A DNA stretch of 56,916 nt, taken from positions 1-56,916 of the forward strand of contig JALXBF010000100.1 of the NCBI GenBank assembly GCA_026991575.1, read 5' to 3'. The stretch comes from Planctomycetota bacterium (lineage in GTDB: Bacteria > Planctomycetota > Planctomycetia > JALXBF01). Positions 8,894 through 19,083 of the stretch are shown piece by piece (position 1 is the first letter of the stretch; each line of letters begins with the position of its first letter). Made by a program: the position numbers and the translations under genes. Below the pieces are notes generated by a model. It was given only the letters and a program-made list of their open reading frames with translations. It was not told the DNA's origin and made no database searches.

Positions 8894-10120
8894 CTAACCT
8901 TGCGGCGACCCGGCCCCCTCGGCCTGCTCCCCTTGCTCACCCTCCTCCTCTTCAGCCTCCCGCATCGTACTGGGGAAGATGTGGTACACCGGCTCCTTAA
9001 GCGCTGCCTCGCGCAGACCGACGATCAAGCCGTTGGGACTGGCCAGCACAACGCGATCAGAGTAGCGGTTCCACACATGCACCGTGTAACCGGGTAAAGC
9101 AAGCGAAGCAACCGTCGCGCCGTCCTTGCGACTGAGCACCTTCAGTCGAGAGAACTCGTCCCACGCGTACACGCGCTGCGGACTCACCGCAGCCACATCC
9201 GCCACGCCGACCACGCGCCACTTCAGAGTCCCTTCGATTGCATCCATGGCCAGAAGCTCACCGCGATCGTTGAGCACGAACAGGTCTAGCTTCCCGTCTG
9301 CGTCCCGCGCCAACAGCAACGGCTTGCTCACCGGAGCGCCCGCCGTGTACCGCCACATCGTATCGCCATTGCGGATGTCAATGGCGTAGATGAAGCTACC
9401 CATCGAGGCCGCGTACAGCGTGAACTGGTCAGCGACCATATCCGAGCGGAACCGGTCATCCAACCGATACCGAAAGCGGAACCGTCCGCTGCCCGTCGGG
9501 AAGACGTGAATGATGCCGTCCAGCGCCCCCGCAACCACATACTCCCCATGGGCTAGCGGTGCAGCAGCCAGCGGTGTGTACAGCTGAACGAACCACTTAC
9601 GGATCCCAGGAACGTCCGGCATCGTGGGTATGGCGTAGAACCGGCCACGCAGCGTGCCGAAGTACACGAATTCCTCGTTAGCCGTCATCGGGGTATTCGG
9701 CAACTGATCGACGTGCTCTCGCCAGTCCACGATGCCCGTGGCACGGTTGAACCGGTACAGATGTGCCCCTTTGAACGTGAAGAACGCCTGCGAGTTCACC
9801 GCGAACGCCGGTCGGCCATGTACAGTAGCCTGGCCCGGAACGATGGCCCGCAGGCGCCCTGTCTCCACTTCGAGCACGAACGTGGTGGCACGATTACTCT
9901 GCAGCGCAACGAGGTCTTCGGCAACCGTGCCTGCAAGCACCCGTTCCTGCAACCCCCCAGCAGGAACCGTTGCGTACCAGGCTCGGGTCAGCCCAACGCG
10001 TGCCAGATCGGACTCCGACGGTAGGACCGGCGTCTGTGCGTAGGTGCTGAGGTGCGCGCCGAGAAACCAGACAAATCCCAAAGCGACGCACGGGGTTATG
10101 CGCATGGGTGCGAACCTCAC
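8894..10120 (-). CDS. Secreted PQQ-like beta-propeller protein
   Basis: Signal-peptide-like N-terminus; repeated 'A.D...G...W' propeller motifs. Confidence 0.8.
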   Translation of the reverse strand: MRFAPMRITPCVALGFVWFLGAHLSTYAQTPVLPSESDLARVGLTRAWYATVPAGGLQERVLAGTVAEDLVALQSNRATTFVLEVETGRLRAIVPGQATVHGRPAFAVNSQAFFTFKGAHLYRFNRATGIVDWREHVDQLPNTPMTANEEFVYFGTLRGRFYAIPTMPDVPGIRKWFVQLYTPLAAAPLAHGEYVVAGALDGIIHVFPTGSGRFRFRYRLDDRFRSDMVADQFTLYAASMGSFIYAIDIRNGDTMWRYTAGAPVSKPLLLARDADGKLDLFVLNDRGELLAMDAIEGTLKWRVVGVADVAAVSPQRVYAWDEFSRLKVLSRKDGATVASLALPGYTVHVWNRYSDRVVLASPNGLIVGLREAALKEPVYHIFPSTMREAEEEEGEQGEQAEGAGSPQG

Positions 10121-10492
10121 AAGGCGCTCTATGCGTCTGGGCGACAGGGCACTTCCAGGCCCGACACGTAGATGGAGTCTCTCGTCGAATGGACGGCACC
10201 AACCCGTCGACTACAGACAGTTTAGCGTACGGTGCGCAGACTAGCAACGCAGCACAACCGATACAACGGCGCAGCGTCCGGATCACGCCCCCACACGAGC
10301 AGGCACCTGAACCCGATCCACTCGACCCACCGGTCGCCCGACCGCCGGCGATGAGGTGACGACGTGGTGGTCGCGGGGATCGCCCGGGCGGTGGCCGGTT
10401 AAGCGGTGTAGAATCGCTTCATCTGGGAATCCACCAACCCACCGGATAATGTCCGCGGTGATGGTTCCAGGCAGACGTCCCAGGGCAAAGCC

Positions 10493-11419
10493 GTGTCTGA
10501 TACCAGACGCCTCGTGATCCAACGGCTCCAGGCGTTGCGACGGGCAGGAGTGAGCTACCTGAGCGTCCCGAAGCGCGGGCTGGACGTTCAGGCGGCCGGT
10601 CACGGGCAGCAGCCCGGCCAGGCCCCCGAGCCGGTGCCTCAGGCTGCGTCAGCGCCCCGGCCGACCGATAGCGGAACGCGCAGCCGCCGTCGCGATGGTG
10701 GTCAACGACGCGCAGAGCGGGTTGCCCTGCTCTTGCCAGACGTCGACGTCAGCGCACAACCCAAGCAGACTCGTCCGAGGGTCAAGCCGGTGCTCGAAGC
10801 AGTCGAAGGCTGGAGTGGTGAGAAGCTGAGCACGGAGCAGAAGCTGGCACGGCTCCGTGAGCTCCAACAACGTGTCAGCACGTGTACCCGGTGCCCGGTA
10901 CTGGTCCAGTCCCGCACCCAGACCGTCTTTGGCGTCGGTAATCCAGACGCGCGACTTTGCTTCGTGGGCGAAGCGCCAGGGGCCGATGAGGACCGGCTTG
11001 GTGAACCGTTCGTGGGGCGGGCTGGCCAGCTGCTGAACAAGATGATCGAAGCAATGGGCCTCAGAAGATCGGATGTTTACATCTGCAACGTCATCAAGTG
11101 CCGGCCTCCTCAGAACCGCACGCCGGACCTGACCGAAGTACGCAACTGCGCGGACTTCCTGGACGAGCAGCTCAACATCATTCAGCCGGAGTTCATCTGC
11201 GCTCTCGGCTCGGTGGCCGCCAAGCGGCTCCTCGGCCCGGCCACGGCTCTCTCCAAGGCGCGCGGTCGACTGTTCCACTACCTCGGCGCCAAGGTCATCG
11301 TCACCTACCATCCGGCCTACCTGCTACGGAACCCGAATGCCAAGCGCGACGCCTGGGCTGATCTGCAAATGCTCATGCGGGAAATGGGGCTGCCTGTGCC
11401 CCGCGGTCGGCGATCGTGA
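10493..11419 (+). CDS. Uracil-DNA glycosylase family 4 (Fe-S type) with low-complexity N-terminal extension
   Basis: CTRC, GEAPGADED, PFVGRAGQLL, NVIKCRPPQNR and YHPAYLLRNP motifs. Confidence 0.93.
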   Translation: MSDTRRLVIQRLQALRRAGVSYLSVPKRGLDVQAAGHGQQPGQAPEPVPQAASAPRPTDSGTRSRRRDGGQRRAERVALLLPDVDVSAQPKQTRPRVKPVLEAVEGWSGEKLSTEQKLARLRELQQRVSTCTRCPVLVQSRTQTVFGVGNPDARLCFVGEAPGADEDRLGEPFVGRAGQLLNKMIEAMGLRRSDVYICNVIKCRPPQNRTPDLTEVRNCADFLDEQLNIIQPEFICALGSVAAKRLLGPATALSKARGRLFHYLGAKVIVTYHPAYLLRNPNAKRDAWADLQMLMREMGLPVPRGRRS

Positions 11420-11447
11420 GTAGGGCCGGGCACATGGAGGACAGCAC

Positions 11448-12266
11448 ATGAGCGCGAGTCTTGCGGAGAAGACGTTAGGCTTCATCGGCGCAGGCAAGAT
11501 GGCCACTGCCCTGGTTAAGGGCATTCTGAAGGCCGGCCTGGCCAGGCCCGAACAGATCATGGTCAGCGATGTGGTGCCAGAGGCCCTGCAGCGGCTTGTG
11601 ACCGAGACCGGGGTGCGTGCGGCGTCGAACAACGCCGAGCTGGTGCGACAGGCCGATGTGGTGATCTTTGCCGTCTACCCGCACATCGTACCCCGCGTTT
11701 GTGAAGAGATCCGAGAGCTGGTCACGGCCGGGCAGCTTTTCATCTCGATCGCGGCCGGACTTCGCACCGAGAAGATCCTCGCCGCCTTGGGCAAAGAGGT
11801 CCGGCTGGTGCGCGTGATGCCGAACACGCCGGCACTGGTCGGCGCCGGTGCCGCGGCGTACTGCACCGCTGGCGCTGCGACAGAGGAGGATGCGGAGCTT
11901 GCCGGCCAGCTCCTCGGCGCGGTTGGCCGCGCCGTGCGCGTCGAAGAGCACCTCATGGACGCCGTTACAGGCCTCTCCGGTAGCGGTCCTGCGTACGTGT
12001 TTCAGTTCATCGAGGCTCTGGCCGACGGCGGGGTTCGTATGGGGCTTCCCCGTGCCCTGGCTCTCGAGTTGGCCGCACAGACCGTGCTCGGCGCCGCCCG
12101 TATGGTGCTCGAAACAGCCCTGCATCCGGCTCAGCTCAAGGACCAGGTAGCCAGCCCTGGAGGCACGACGATCGCCGGGTTGCATGAGCTGGAGCGGGGC
12201 GCGCTGCGGGGTACGGTCATGAACGCGGTCGAAGCGGCCACGAAACGCGCCGCCGAACTGGCATGA
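11448..12266 (+). CDS. proC: Pyrroline-5-carboxylate reductase
   Basis: GFIGAGKMA, RVMPNTP, TGLSGSGPAY, SPGGTTIAG; GGAGG SD. Confidence 0.96.
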   Translation: MSASLAEKTLGFIGAGKMATALVKGILKAGLARPEQIMVSDVVPEALQRLVTETGVRAASNNAELVRQADVVIFAVYPHIVPRVCEEIRELVTAGQLFISIAAGLRTEKILAALGKEVRLVRVMPNTPALVGAGAAAYCTAGAATEEDAELAGQLLGAVGRAVRVEEHLMDAVTGLSGSGPAYVFQFIEALADGGVRMGLPRALALELAAQTVLGAARMVLETALHPAQLKDQVASPGGTTIAGLHELERGALRGTVMNAVEAATKRAAELA

Positions 12267-12317
12267 ACGGTGGCCCACTCGAACCCAAAAAGGCTCAAAT
12301 CATCGGAGGCCAGACCC

Positions 12318-13265
12318 ATGGAGACGAAGCAGACCCGTCGAACCTTCTGTCGTCGCGCCTTCGCGGCCAGCGCCACCGTCGGCCTGCTAGCCGGTCGGCC
12401 GGCCCTCGCCAGCCCGGACGCCCACCAGCCTGACCAGCGCATCCCGCTGAAGATCGGCATCCGGCAAACGACACTTCGGCTGGTCGGCGACGTTCGCGCG
12501 ATCCAGGCAGCGGCAGCGGTACCCGGCATTGACGGAATCGAGCTCCAGGTAACGGCAGGGAAACGGAACCTGCGCGATCCAGATGTGGTTTTGGCCTACA
12601 AGCGGGAGGCGCATCGCTGGGCCATGCACATTCCCTCGCTCTCCGGGGTTTGGGACCCTGGCGTGAACGTCTACAGCGCACGGGCGTTTGACAGTTTGGT
12701 GAAGTCGCTCCGCGCCGCCGAGCTTCTAGGGGCCTCCGTCATCCTGGTGGCCTTCTTCCGCAAGAACGCGCCTGACATGACCCGCGAAAGCTCGTACGGA
12801 CCGGTCGTGGATCTGTTCCGCAAGGTGGCACCGATAGCAGCTGATGCAGGGATCACGCTCGGTTTGGAGAACTCGCTCAGCCCAGCAGACAACAAGAAGC
12901 TGGTCGACCTTGTGGATCACCCTGCGGTGAAGGTCTACTACGACGTGTACAACATGGCTTACTACGGCCATGCCGATCAGGCGGTTGATGGGATCCGGCT
13001 GCTTGGTAAGGAGCGAATCTGCATGGTGCACGTTAAGAACGGTCGCAAGCGGCTCGAGGAACCAGGGCCGGTGGACTGGGCTGCCGCGCTTGCGGCGCTG
13101 AGCGAAATCGGCTACGAGGGCTGGCTCGTGTACGAGACGCGCCATGACAGCTTCGCCGACTGCGTCCGGGATACTCAGCGGAACAACACCTTCATCCGCC
13201 GCCACCTGCGGATGCCTGTTGCACCCCCGCTCGTCACCCCCGGCAGCGTGCGACCGCGCCGCTGA
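12318..13265 (+). CDS. Tat-exported sugar phosphate isomerase/epimerase (xylose-isomerase-like TIM barrel)
   Basis: TRRTF Tat-like motif; LGLEN, YYDVYN, HVK, GYEGWLVYE metal-binding pattern; GGAGG SD before ATG 12318. Confidence 0.85.
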   Translation: METKQTRRTFCRRAFAASATVGLLAGRPALASPDAHQPDQRIPLKIGIRQTTLRLVGDVRAIQAAAAVPGIDGIELQVTAGKRNLRDPDVVLAYKREAHRWAMHIPSLSGVWDPGVNVYSARAFDSLVKSLRAAELLGASVILVAFFRKNAPDMTRESSYGPVVDLFRKVAPIAADAGITLGLENSLSPADNKKLVDLVDHPAVKVYYDVYNMAYYGHADQAVDGIRLLGKERICMVHVKNGRKRLEEPGPVDWAAALAALSEIGYEGWLVYETRHDSFADCVRDTQRNNTFIRRHLRMPVAPPLVTPGSVRPRR

Positions 13266-13398
13266 CCGATCGCACGAACACCGAACCGTAGGCTTCGGGC
13301 TGTGGCCCGGCGTTCCGCCAGGCCGTGTCTTCACGCAAGCGGATGCGATCGCCGGTACCGTGCGAGCATCGAACCGCGCCACACGGGGGCCAAAGCCG

Positions 13399-14175
13399 AT
13401 GCGGAAGCGAGTTCTCGTGTCATGGAGTTCTGGTAAGGACAGTGCGTGGGCGTTGCACGTGCTGCGTGCTGAGCGGTCCGTGGAGCTAGTAGGCCTGCTG
13501 ACAACGGTCAATGAGGTCGCGGACCGCGTAGCCATGCACGCCGTTCGCCGCGAACTGCTCCAGGCACAGGCTCGTGCCATCGGCCTGCCACTTTGGATCG
13601 TCCCGCTTCCCTGGCCGTGCTCGAACCGAGAGTATGAGACGCGCATGCAACGGGCGATCGCTCGGGCCCGCCGCGCCGGGGTGACGCACATTGCATTCGG
13701 CGACCTGTTCCTGGAGGACGTCCGCCACTATCGGGAAACCCAGCTGAACGGCACGGGAATCGATCCGCTCTTTCCGATCTGGGGGTTGGATACGGAACGG
13801 CTTGCCCGAGAGATGCTCGCTTCCGGTCTGCGGGCCATTGTCAGCTGCGTCGATCCTGCGCAGTTGTCGGGGGAATTGGTCGGCCGAACGTATGACGAGC
13901 GGCTTCTGGCGGAACTGCCCGCCGGCGTGGACCCGTGCGGGGAGCGTGGCGAGTTCCATACGTTTTGCTACGCCGGGCCGATGTTCCGCCGACCGCTGAC
14001 GGTGCGGGTCGGCCAGAGGGTGCTGCGGGATGGCTTCTGGTTCGCGGACATCCTGCCGTGCGAGGATGTACCTGACTTCCCCGGGCGCGCCAGGAACGAG
14101 TCGTCGCAGGCCGCTAGCGGAAGAAGCCAAAGAAGAAGCTCACCACCTGCGTGTCGTCCCCGTCAGCCTTGTTGA
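13399..14175 (+). CDS. Dph6/diphthine-ammonia-ligase-related PP-loop ATP pyrophosphatase
   Basis: SWSSGKDS PP-loop, FGDLFLEDVR, DPCGERGEFHTF; start set at ATG 13399. Confidence 0.88.
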   Translation: MRKRVLVSWSSGKDSAWALHVLRAERSVELVGLLTTVNEVADRVAMHAVRRELLQAQARAIGLPLWIVPLPWPCSNREYETRMQRAIARARRAGVTHIAFGDLFLEDVRHYRETQLNGTGIDPLFPIWGLDTERLAREMLASGLRAIVSCVDPAQLSGELVGRTYDERLLAELPAGVDPCGERGEFHTFCYAGPMFRRPLTVRVGQRVLRDGFWFADILPCEDVPDFPGRARNESSQAASGRSQRRSSPPACRPRQPC

Positions 14176-16495
14176 TTGGGAACGCAAAGTCGATCGCGAT
14201 TGGCATCGGGCCAAAGAATGGCAAAGCAACCCGTACGCCCGCCCCGGCGGTGACCCGGAACTCTGTGATTTCCACGTCGCTTTCCAGAGTGCCGAAGTCG
14301 GTGAAGATGACGCCGCGGAGCGTCTCGTCCGCTGTGATGGGAAACAGGTACTCGAGGCTGCCGACCATCAGGAACTCGCCACCAACATGGACGTCGAAAA
14401 CTTTGGGGCCCACTCCGCGGAAATCGAACCCACGGAAGTTTCGGTAGCCACCCGCGAAGAACCGCTCGTAGATCGGGGTCTCATCGCCGGCAATGCCCAG
14501 GATGCCTCGCGCCGACAGAACCTGCTTCCCTGTGCCGTCGGGCCGTTCCCACAGCGTCCAGTAGTGTCGTCCCTCCAATGTGACTTTCGGGAATGTGTAA
14601 TCACCGAGCCCCTGTTCGAAGATGAGCCGGTAGAGGTGGCCGCCGCTGGGCAGAAACACATTGTCTCGAGTGTCATGCTGGATCTGGGCGCTGATGATTG
14701 TCTGAAAGTTATCGCCGAGCACGGCGAGTAGATCCGGGGGAGTTGGGACATCGGGATCGCTGATGTTGACGTTTTCGATCCTCAGTCCCAGGCTACCGCG
14801 GACCGTGTCGCTGAACTCATGACCGAGCGTCAACGTACCCCCTTCACGCTGCTCGTCCCATTCCCGGTAGTTCCGCTGGTAGTAGTAGCCGGTGATCCCA
14901 AAGCTGTACGGGAGGTCGAAGATCATCGGCTCGCGCCAGCTGAACAGGTAACGGCTGAGTTCAGTACCGGGGGCCAACTCCAGCCGGAACTCTTGTCCGC
15001 CTCCTCGGAATGCCCGTCCGCTCCAGATATCCTCCCAGCTCGTCGGCCATCGTGTGATGTCAAAGTTTCGCTCGCTGATGAGGATATTGCCGATCAGGCC
15101 GGCATCAGTGTTGTAGCCAAGCCCGAAGACGATTCGGCCCGTCTGGCCCTCTTGCACGCGCACCACCAGGTCACGCAGGTTCGGGCCTTCGCCCGCCGCT
15201 CCCTTGTCGTCACCGAGCACGTCAATCGTGGGGCCCTGGCCTGTGGCCGGGTTGATCTGGAACAGTTGCGTGTTGCGCAAGCGGCGCTCACTCTCTTCCA
15301 GCAATTCGGCGTTAAGCACTTCGCCCGGGTAGACGCGGAGCTGGCGCCGGATCACCCGATCGCGTGTCACCGTGTTTCCTTCGATTTCGATGCGGCCCAC
15401 GCGATATGCCTGGCCCTCATGCACGCGGAACACAACGTCCACGGTGCCCGGGGTGGCGGAGAATCGTAGATCGGGTCGGACCTGCGCATCGACGAATCCC
15501 CGCTCGCCAAGGGCACGCCGGATCTGGCGTGCATCCCGGCGCGCAGCCCGCTCGGTGTAGAAATCTCCGGCCTTCAAGGCCGGCTCGGGCAACAACTCCT
15601 CAGCACTCACCTGCCGGTTGCCCTCGATCCTGACCGACCGCACCACGTAGCGTGGTCCCTCAGTGATGTAGAAGGTAACGTACGCTCGCGTCCGGTCCGG
15701 GCTGTAGCGCACCTCGCGGCTGACCTGCACGTCGAAGTAGCCAAGCGACCGGTAGTAGGTTGCGATGCGATGGACGTCGTTGTCGATCATCTCCAGGTTC
15801 AGTTTGCCGCGGACCAGTCCAAGCATCGACCGGGAACTGTCGATCTTGGTGCGCAGCAGCGCGCCGGAGACGGACTCGTTACCGACAAAATCGATGCTAC
15901 GGACACGCGTCAGCGGGCCCTCCACCACCCGGATCACCGCCTTCTGCTCACCGGGCCGCACCCCCTGGACGACGCGGGCTTCGGCGAACGGGAAACCGTT
16001 ACGGTGATAGAACTCTTCGATCCGACGGGCCGCTTCGTGCAGAAACGCGCCGTCGATTGGGCCGGCCAGTTCCAGGCCGGCTTCCTTCTGAAGACGCTCG
16101 TCATCGAAGACCACGTTGCCCACGATCTCGACCCGCGACAACTTGTTGCCCTCCAGGACGCGGAAGATCACGACGAGCCCGTGTGGTTCTCGTTTCAGCT
16201 CGACCCCGACGTCCTCGAACCACTTCGTGCGGACCAAGGTCCGTTGGTCCTCGCGGAGTTGCGCTAGATCGAGCGGGGCACCGGCGCGCGTGCGAATCTT
16301 GGCCAGCACTTTGGCCGTGGGGACGTTGCGGTTGCCCACTACCCGAACCTCAGCAATGACCGAGCCGGCCTCGTCTTCGGGTCGAGCAACCTGGGCCAGG
16401 GTGGGGGCGGCGCAGCAGAGCGTCGCTAGCACGACCACCAGCGCGGTTACGCCCCGCCAGAGCCATCGCGTCTGTCGACTGTTCGATCGGTTCAC
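14114..16495 (-). CDS. bamA: Outer membrane protein assembly factor BamA/Omp85
   Basis: Signal peptide, five POTRA-like repeats (GN motifs), ERFFAGG..FRGF, aromatic C-terminus; start (GTG 16495) uncertain. Confidence 0.9.
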   Translation of the reverse strand: MNRSNSRQTRWLWRGVTALVVVLATLCCAAPTLAQVARPEDEAGSVIAEVRVVGNRNVPTAKVLAKIRTRAGAPLDLAQLREDQRTLVRTKWFEDVGVELKREPHGLVVIFRVLEGNKLSRVEIVGNVVFDDERLQKEAGLELAGPIDGAFLHEAARRIEEFYHRNGFPFAEARVVQGVRPGEQKAVIRVVEGPLTRVRSIDFVGNESVSGALLRTKIDSSRSMLGLVRGKLNLEMIDNDVHRIATYYRSLGYFDVQVSREVRYSPDRTRAYVTFYITEGPRYVVRSVRIEGNRQVSAEELLPEPALKAGDFYTERAARRDARQIRRALGERGFVDAQVRPDLRFSATPGTVDVVFRVHEGQAYRVGRIEIEGNTVTRDRVIRRQLRVYPGEVLNAELLEESERRLRNTQLFQINPATGQGPTIDVLGDDKGAAGEGPNLRDLVVRVQEGQTGRIVFGLGYNTDAGLIGNILISERNFDITRWPTSWEDIWSGRAFRGGGQEFRLELAPGTELSRYLFSWREPMIFDLPYSFGITGYYYQRNYREWDEQREGGTLTLGHEFSDTVRGSLGLRIENVNISDPDVPTPPDLLAVLGDNFQTIISAQIQHDTRDNVFLPSGGHLYRLIFEQGLGDYTFPKVTLEGRHYWTLWERPDGTGKQVLSARGILGIAGDETPIYERFFAGGYRNFRGFDFRGVGPKVFDVHVGGEFLMVGSLEYLFPITADETLRGVIFTDFGTLESDVEITEFRVTAGAGVRVALPFFGPMPIAIDFAFPINKADGDDTQVVSFFFGFFR

Positions 16496-16728
16496 GTCGA
16501 TCCTCACCCGTTGCCCGGCGCCCTTGGCCTTGAGGTGCAGTGCCGAACAGCACAAGAGGCATACCGGATCGAACGGGGCCGGGCAAGATGAGTTGGCGCC
16601 ACCGCGGCGCAAGCTGCAGAGGCCGCGCCAGGGGGGACTCCTCAGTCCGAATCGCAACCGTCCGGACCTTCCCTACGTAGCAACCGACAACCAACAGAGC
16701 CGACTACGCCAGGCAGAGTTCCGGCCCG

Positions 16729-17631
16729 CTAGTGATCGACACCGATCACGGCACGAGCCGTCGTTCCGATCAGAAAGGAAATGCCGGCAACGCCCAGGGT
16801 CAGCCCGGCCATCTCCAGGAACGTCCGGCCGAACGGACGGTCCTGCACGATGGCCAAGAAGGCCGTGAAGCAGCAGACGATAGCCACGCTGAACGACAGG
16901 CTCATGGCGAGCGCCCCGTACGCGTTGCCAAGCAGGAAGTACGGGGCAACCAGCACCAGGACGGTCACCACGTAGGCGGCGCCCGTGTACGCCGCAGCCT
17001 TGACCGGATGCTGGCCAGCGGCATCGGCGGTAGCGGCCCCTTCGGGCCGTTCCGACTTCTTCGACAGGTACTCTGAGGCTGCCATCGAGAGCGACGCGGC
17101 CAGACCGGTGACCAGGGCTGCCAGTGCTACCAGGCGTGTGTTCTGCAGGGCGAACGTCAGACCGGCCAGCGCCCCTGCCAACTCGACCAGCGCATCGCTC
17201 AGCCCCAGCACCATCGACCCGACGTACCGCAGCCGCTCTTCGTCGAGCATCGCCAGCAGCATTCGCTCGTGTCGGTTCTCGTCCTCGATAATCGCAGCGG
17301 TCTCAGGCAGCGCCTCGAGGATCTGCTCGTAGCCCTGCTGCGCACGCTCCTCCCCTTTCTCCATCAGTTTCACGGCAAACGTGAAGCCGAACAGACGTGC
17401 CGTCAACAGATAGAGCCACACCCGCCAGCGCACGGGTCGGGGTCGCCGGCCTGTGTAGCGCGCCCACTGCTCGTAGTGGCTCAACTCATCCTGGGCAATC
17501 CTGTCGAGCACCTCCCCGTTCGGCCCGCCGACACGCTGCGCCAACCGGCGATACACCTCATGTTCGGTGATCTCGTTCTGTTGCAATCGCTCGATCTGCT
17601 CAACCAGCTCCGGTGCCAGCTCAGTCGCCAC
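16729..17631 (-). CDS. Rubrerythrin/ferritin-like domain + VIT1/CCC1 membrane domain (iron/manganese exporter-like)
   Basis: E..H pairs (DELSH, DENRH) followed by VLGLSDALVE and SLSMAASEYLS; GGAGG SD before GTG 17631. Confidence 0.85.
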   Translation of the reverse strand: MATELAPELVEQIERLQQNEITEHEVYRRLAQRVGGPNGEVLDRIAQDELSHYEQWARYTGRRPRPVRWRVWLYLLTARLFGFTFAVKLMEKGEERAQQGYEQILEALPETAAIIEDENRHERMLLAMLDEERLRYVGSMVLGLSDALVELAGALAGLTFALQNTRLVALAALVTGLAASLSMAASEYLSKKSERPEGAATADAAGQHPVKAAAYTGAAYVVTVLVLVAPYFLLGNAYGALAMSLSFSVAIVCCFTAFLAIVQDRPFGRTFLEMAGLTLGVAGISFLIGTTARAVIGVDH

Positions 17632-18094
17632 GGCGTGCGTCCTCCAGCCAGCCATTGGCCCGAAGAAACTCCTCGGCCCAGCGATAGTGGTCCAGCAGGC
17701 CATCGGTGGGCCGTCCCAGTAGCCGATACGCGGCATAGAGCGCCTCAACGGAGGCGAGACCGCCAGCGGGTTCCTCGAACAGCTTAGATCGGCGCGGGTA
17801 TGCGGTGCGCAGCCCGGGAAGAGATCGGGGCGGCACCGAGGCAAAGTGCTTTTCCATCTGCTCGGCGTACCGCCACGTACCGTCCAGCAGCAAGAGTCCG
17901 CATTGAGCATCTCGCTCGGTCAGCGGCGGACCGTGCACGCTGAGGCGCACGTAGCCGGGCAGCTCCAGCGATAGATCAGGCCGGAAACGCACGAAGACCA
18001 GATCTGGTCGACCACGCAGAGGCCAAAGGCTGCACTTGCGCCGGTTTTCCTTCGGATGCACCACAATGTAGGTTGGCGGGTAGGATGTGCTCAT
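17621..18094 (-). CDS. DTW/Tsr3-like aminocarboxypropyltransferase
   Basis: HPKE..KCS, LLDGTW, RSLP, LASVEAL, WAEEFL..N motifs. Confidence 0.72.
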   Translation of the reverse strand: MSTSYPPTYIVVHPKENRRKCSLWPLRGRPDLVFVRFRPDLSLELPGYVRLSVHGPPLTERDAQCGLLLLDGTWRYAEQMEKHFASVPPRSLPGLRTAYPRRSKLFEEPAGGLASVEALYAAYRLLGRPTDGLLDHYRWAEEFLRANGWLEDARRGD

Positions 18095-18178
18095 CGCCGT
18101 CGAGCCTGTTGCTTCCCGGCCTGGCCAGCCGCGTGTTTGTTAACTTTATGAGGACTCACCCAGCTGGAGGAGGCAACG

Positions 18179-19057
18179 ATGGCATTTGCGGAGGTCCGAT
18201 GGGGCGACCTCGTGGCAATCGTCGGTGATAACGCCGCCAGCGGCGAGCACCGGGCAGGCTACAACGGCCTCTGGCGCCTGCAACACCGGGGCATGTCCCG
18301 ATCGCTGTTCGTGCCGACATACGCCGGACTGAATCACGAACACATCTTCGACGGCGTGCAGAACCATCGCCACGAGGTATTCTTCGAACCGCGGGTGGCC
18401 CCTATGGAACTGCGCCGACTCGCGGAAAACACCTGGCAACTGCACCAGCCGCCCACCCCGACCTTTCATCTGGAAAGCTGGACGGTGTTCCGGTTCACGC
18501 CCCCGTATTACGTCGACATGAGTTACCGCTGCAGCCCCAGGCAGCACGTGTTCCGTAACGGTTACATCGGGCTGTTCTGGGCCAGCTACATCAATGCTCC
18601 GGAAGACAAGAGCATGTACTTCCTGGGCACGTATGGCACCGGGGGGCCAGTCCAATGGGTGCAACTCTGCACGCAGGCCCACAACGACGAAAGCACCGTG
18701 CTCCACCACTCGGACCGACTGCAGCTGACGTTCGCGCCGGATTATCGTGACGCCCTGTTCCGGTACTACTCGCGGCTGCGGTATCAGGAGCCGTTCTTCT
18801 ACGGCCGCTTTGAGGAGTTCACGGTGATCTACATGTTCGACCGGACCGCAGGCATCCGCTTCACCCACTCGCCCACCGGCGGCGGCTATAACCGCAGCCA
18901 TCGCACCAGCAATCCGGCCTGGGACTTCCAGTTCATCGTGCCGTCGTATGACGTGAACCGGACTTACGGCTTCCGCATGCGGCTGGCCGTACTCCCCCGT
19001 TGTGACCGAAGCCGTGTGCTGGAAGAATACACGCGTTGGCGCGCCCAGCTTCGCTAG
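18179..19057 (+). CDS. Hypothetical beta-rich protein (possibly galactose-mutarotase-like fold)
   Basis: GGAGG SD; aromatic and beta-strand-rich 292 aa; fold assignment is tentative. Confidence 0.7.
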   Translation: MAFAEVRWGDLVAIVGDNAASGEHRAGYNGLWRLQHRGMSRSLFVPTYAGLNHEHIFDGVQNHRHEVFFEPRVAPMELRRLAENTWQLHQPPTPTFHLESWTVFRFTPPYYVDMSYRCSPRQHVFRNGYIGLFWASYINAPEDKSMYFLGTYGTGGPVQWVQLCTQAHNDESTVLHHSDRLQLTFAPDYRDALFRYYSRLRYQEPFFYGRFEEFTVIYMFDRTAGIRFTHSPTGGGYNRSHRTSNPAWDFQFIVPSYDVNRTYGFRMRLAVLPRCDRSRVLEEYTRWRAQLR

Positions 19058-19083
19058 CCGTAGGCGCCGTCGAGGAGGCAGCG

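Noticed and set aside
16695..16722. Sigma-E-like promoter for bamA
   Set aside because: GGAACT is present on the minus strand, but the GTCT -10 is not at the spacing seen for gspG and the secretin.
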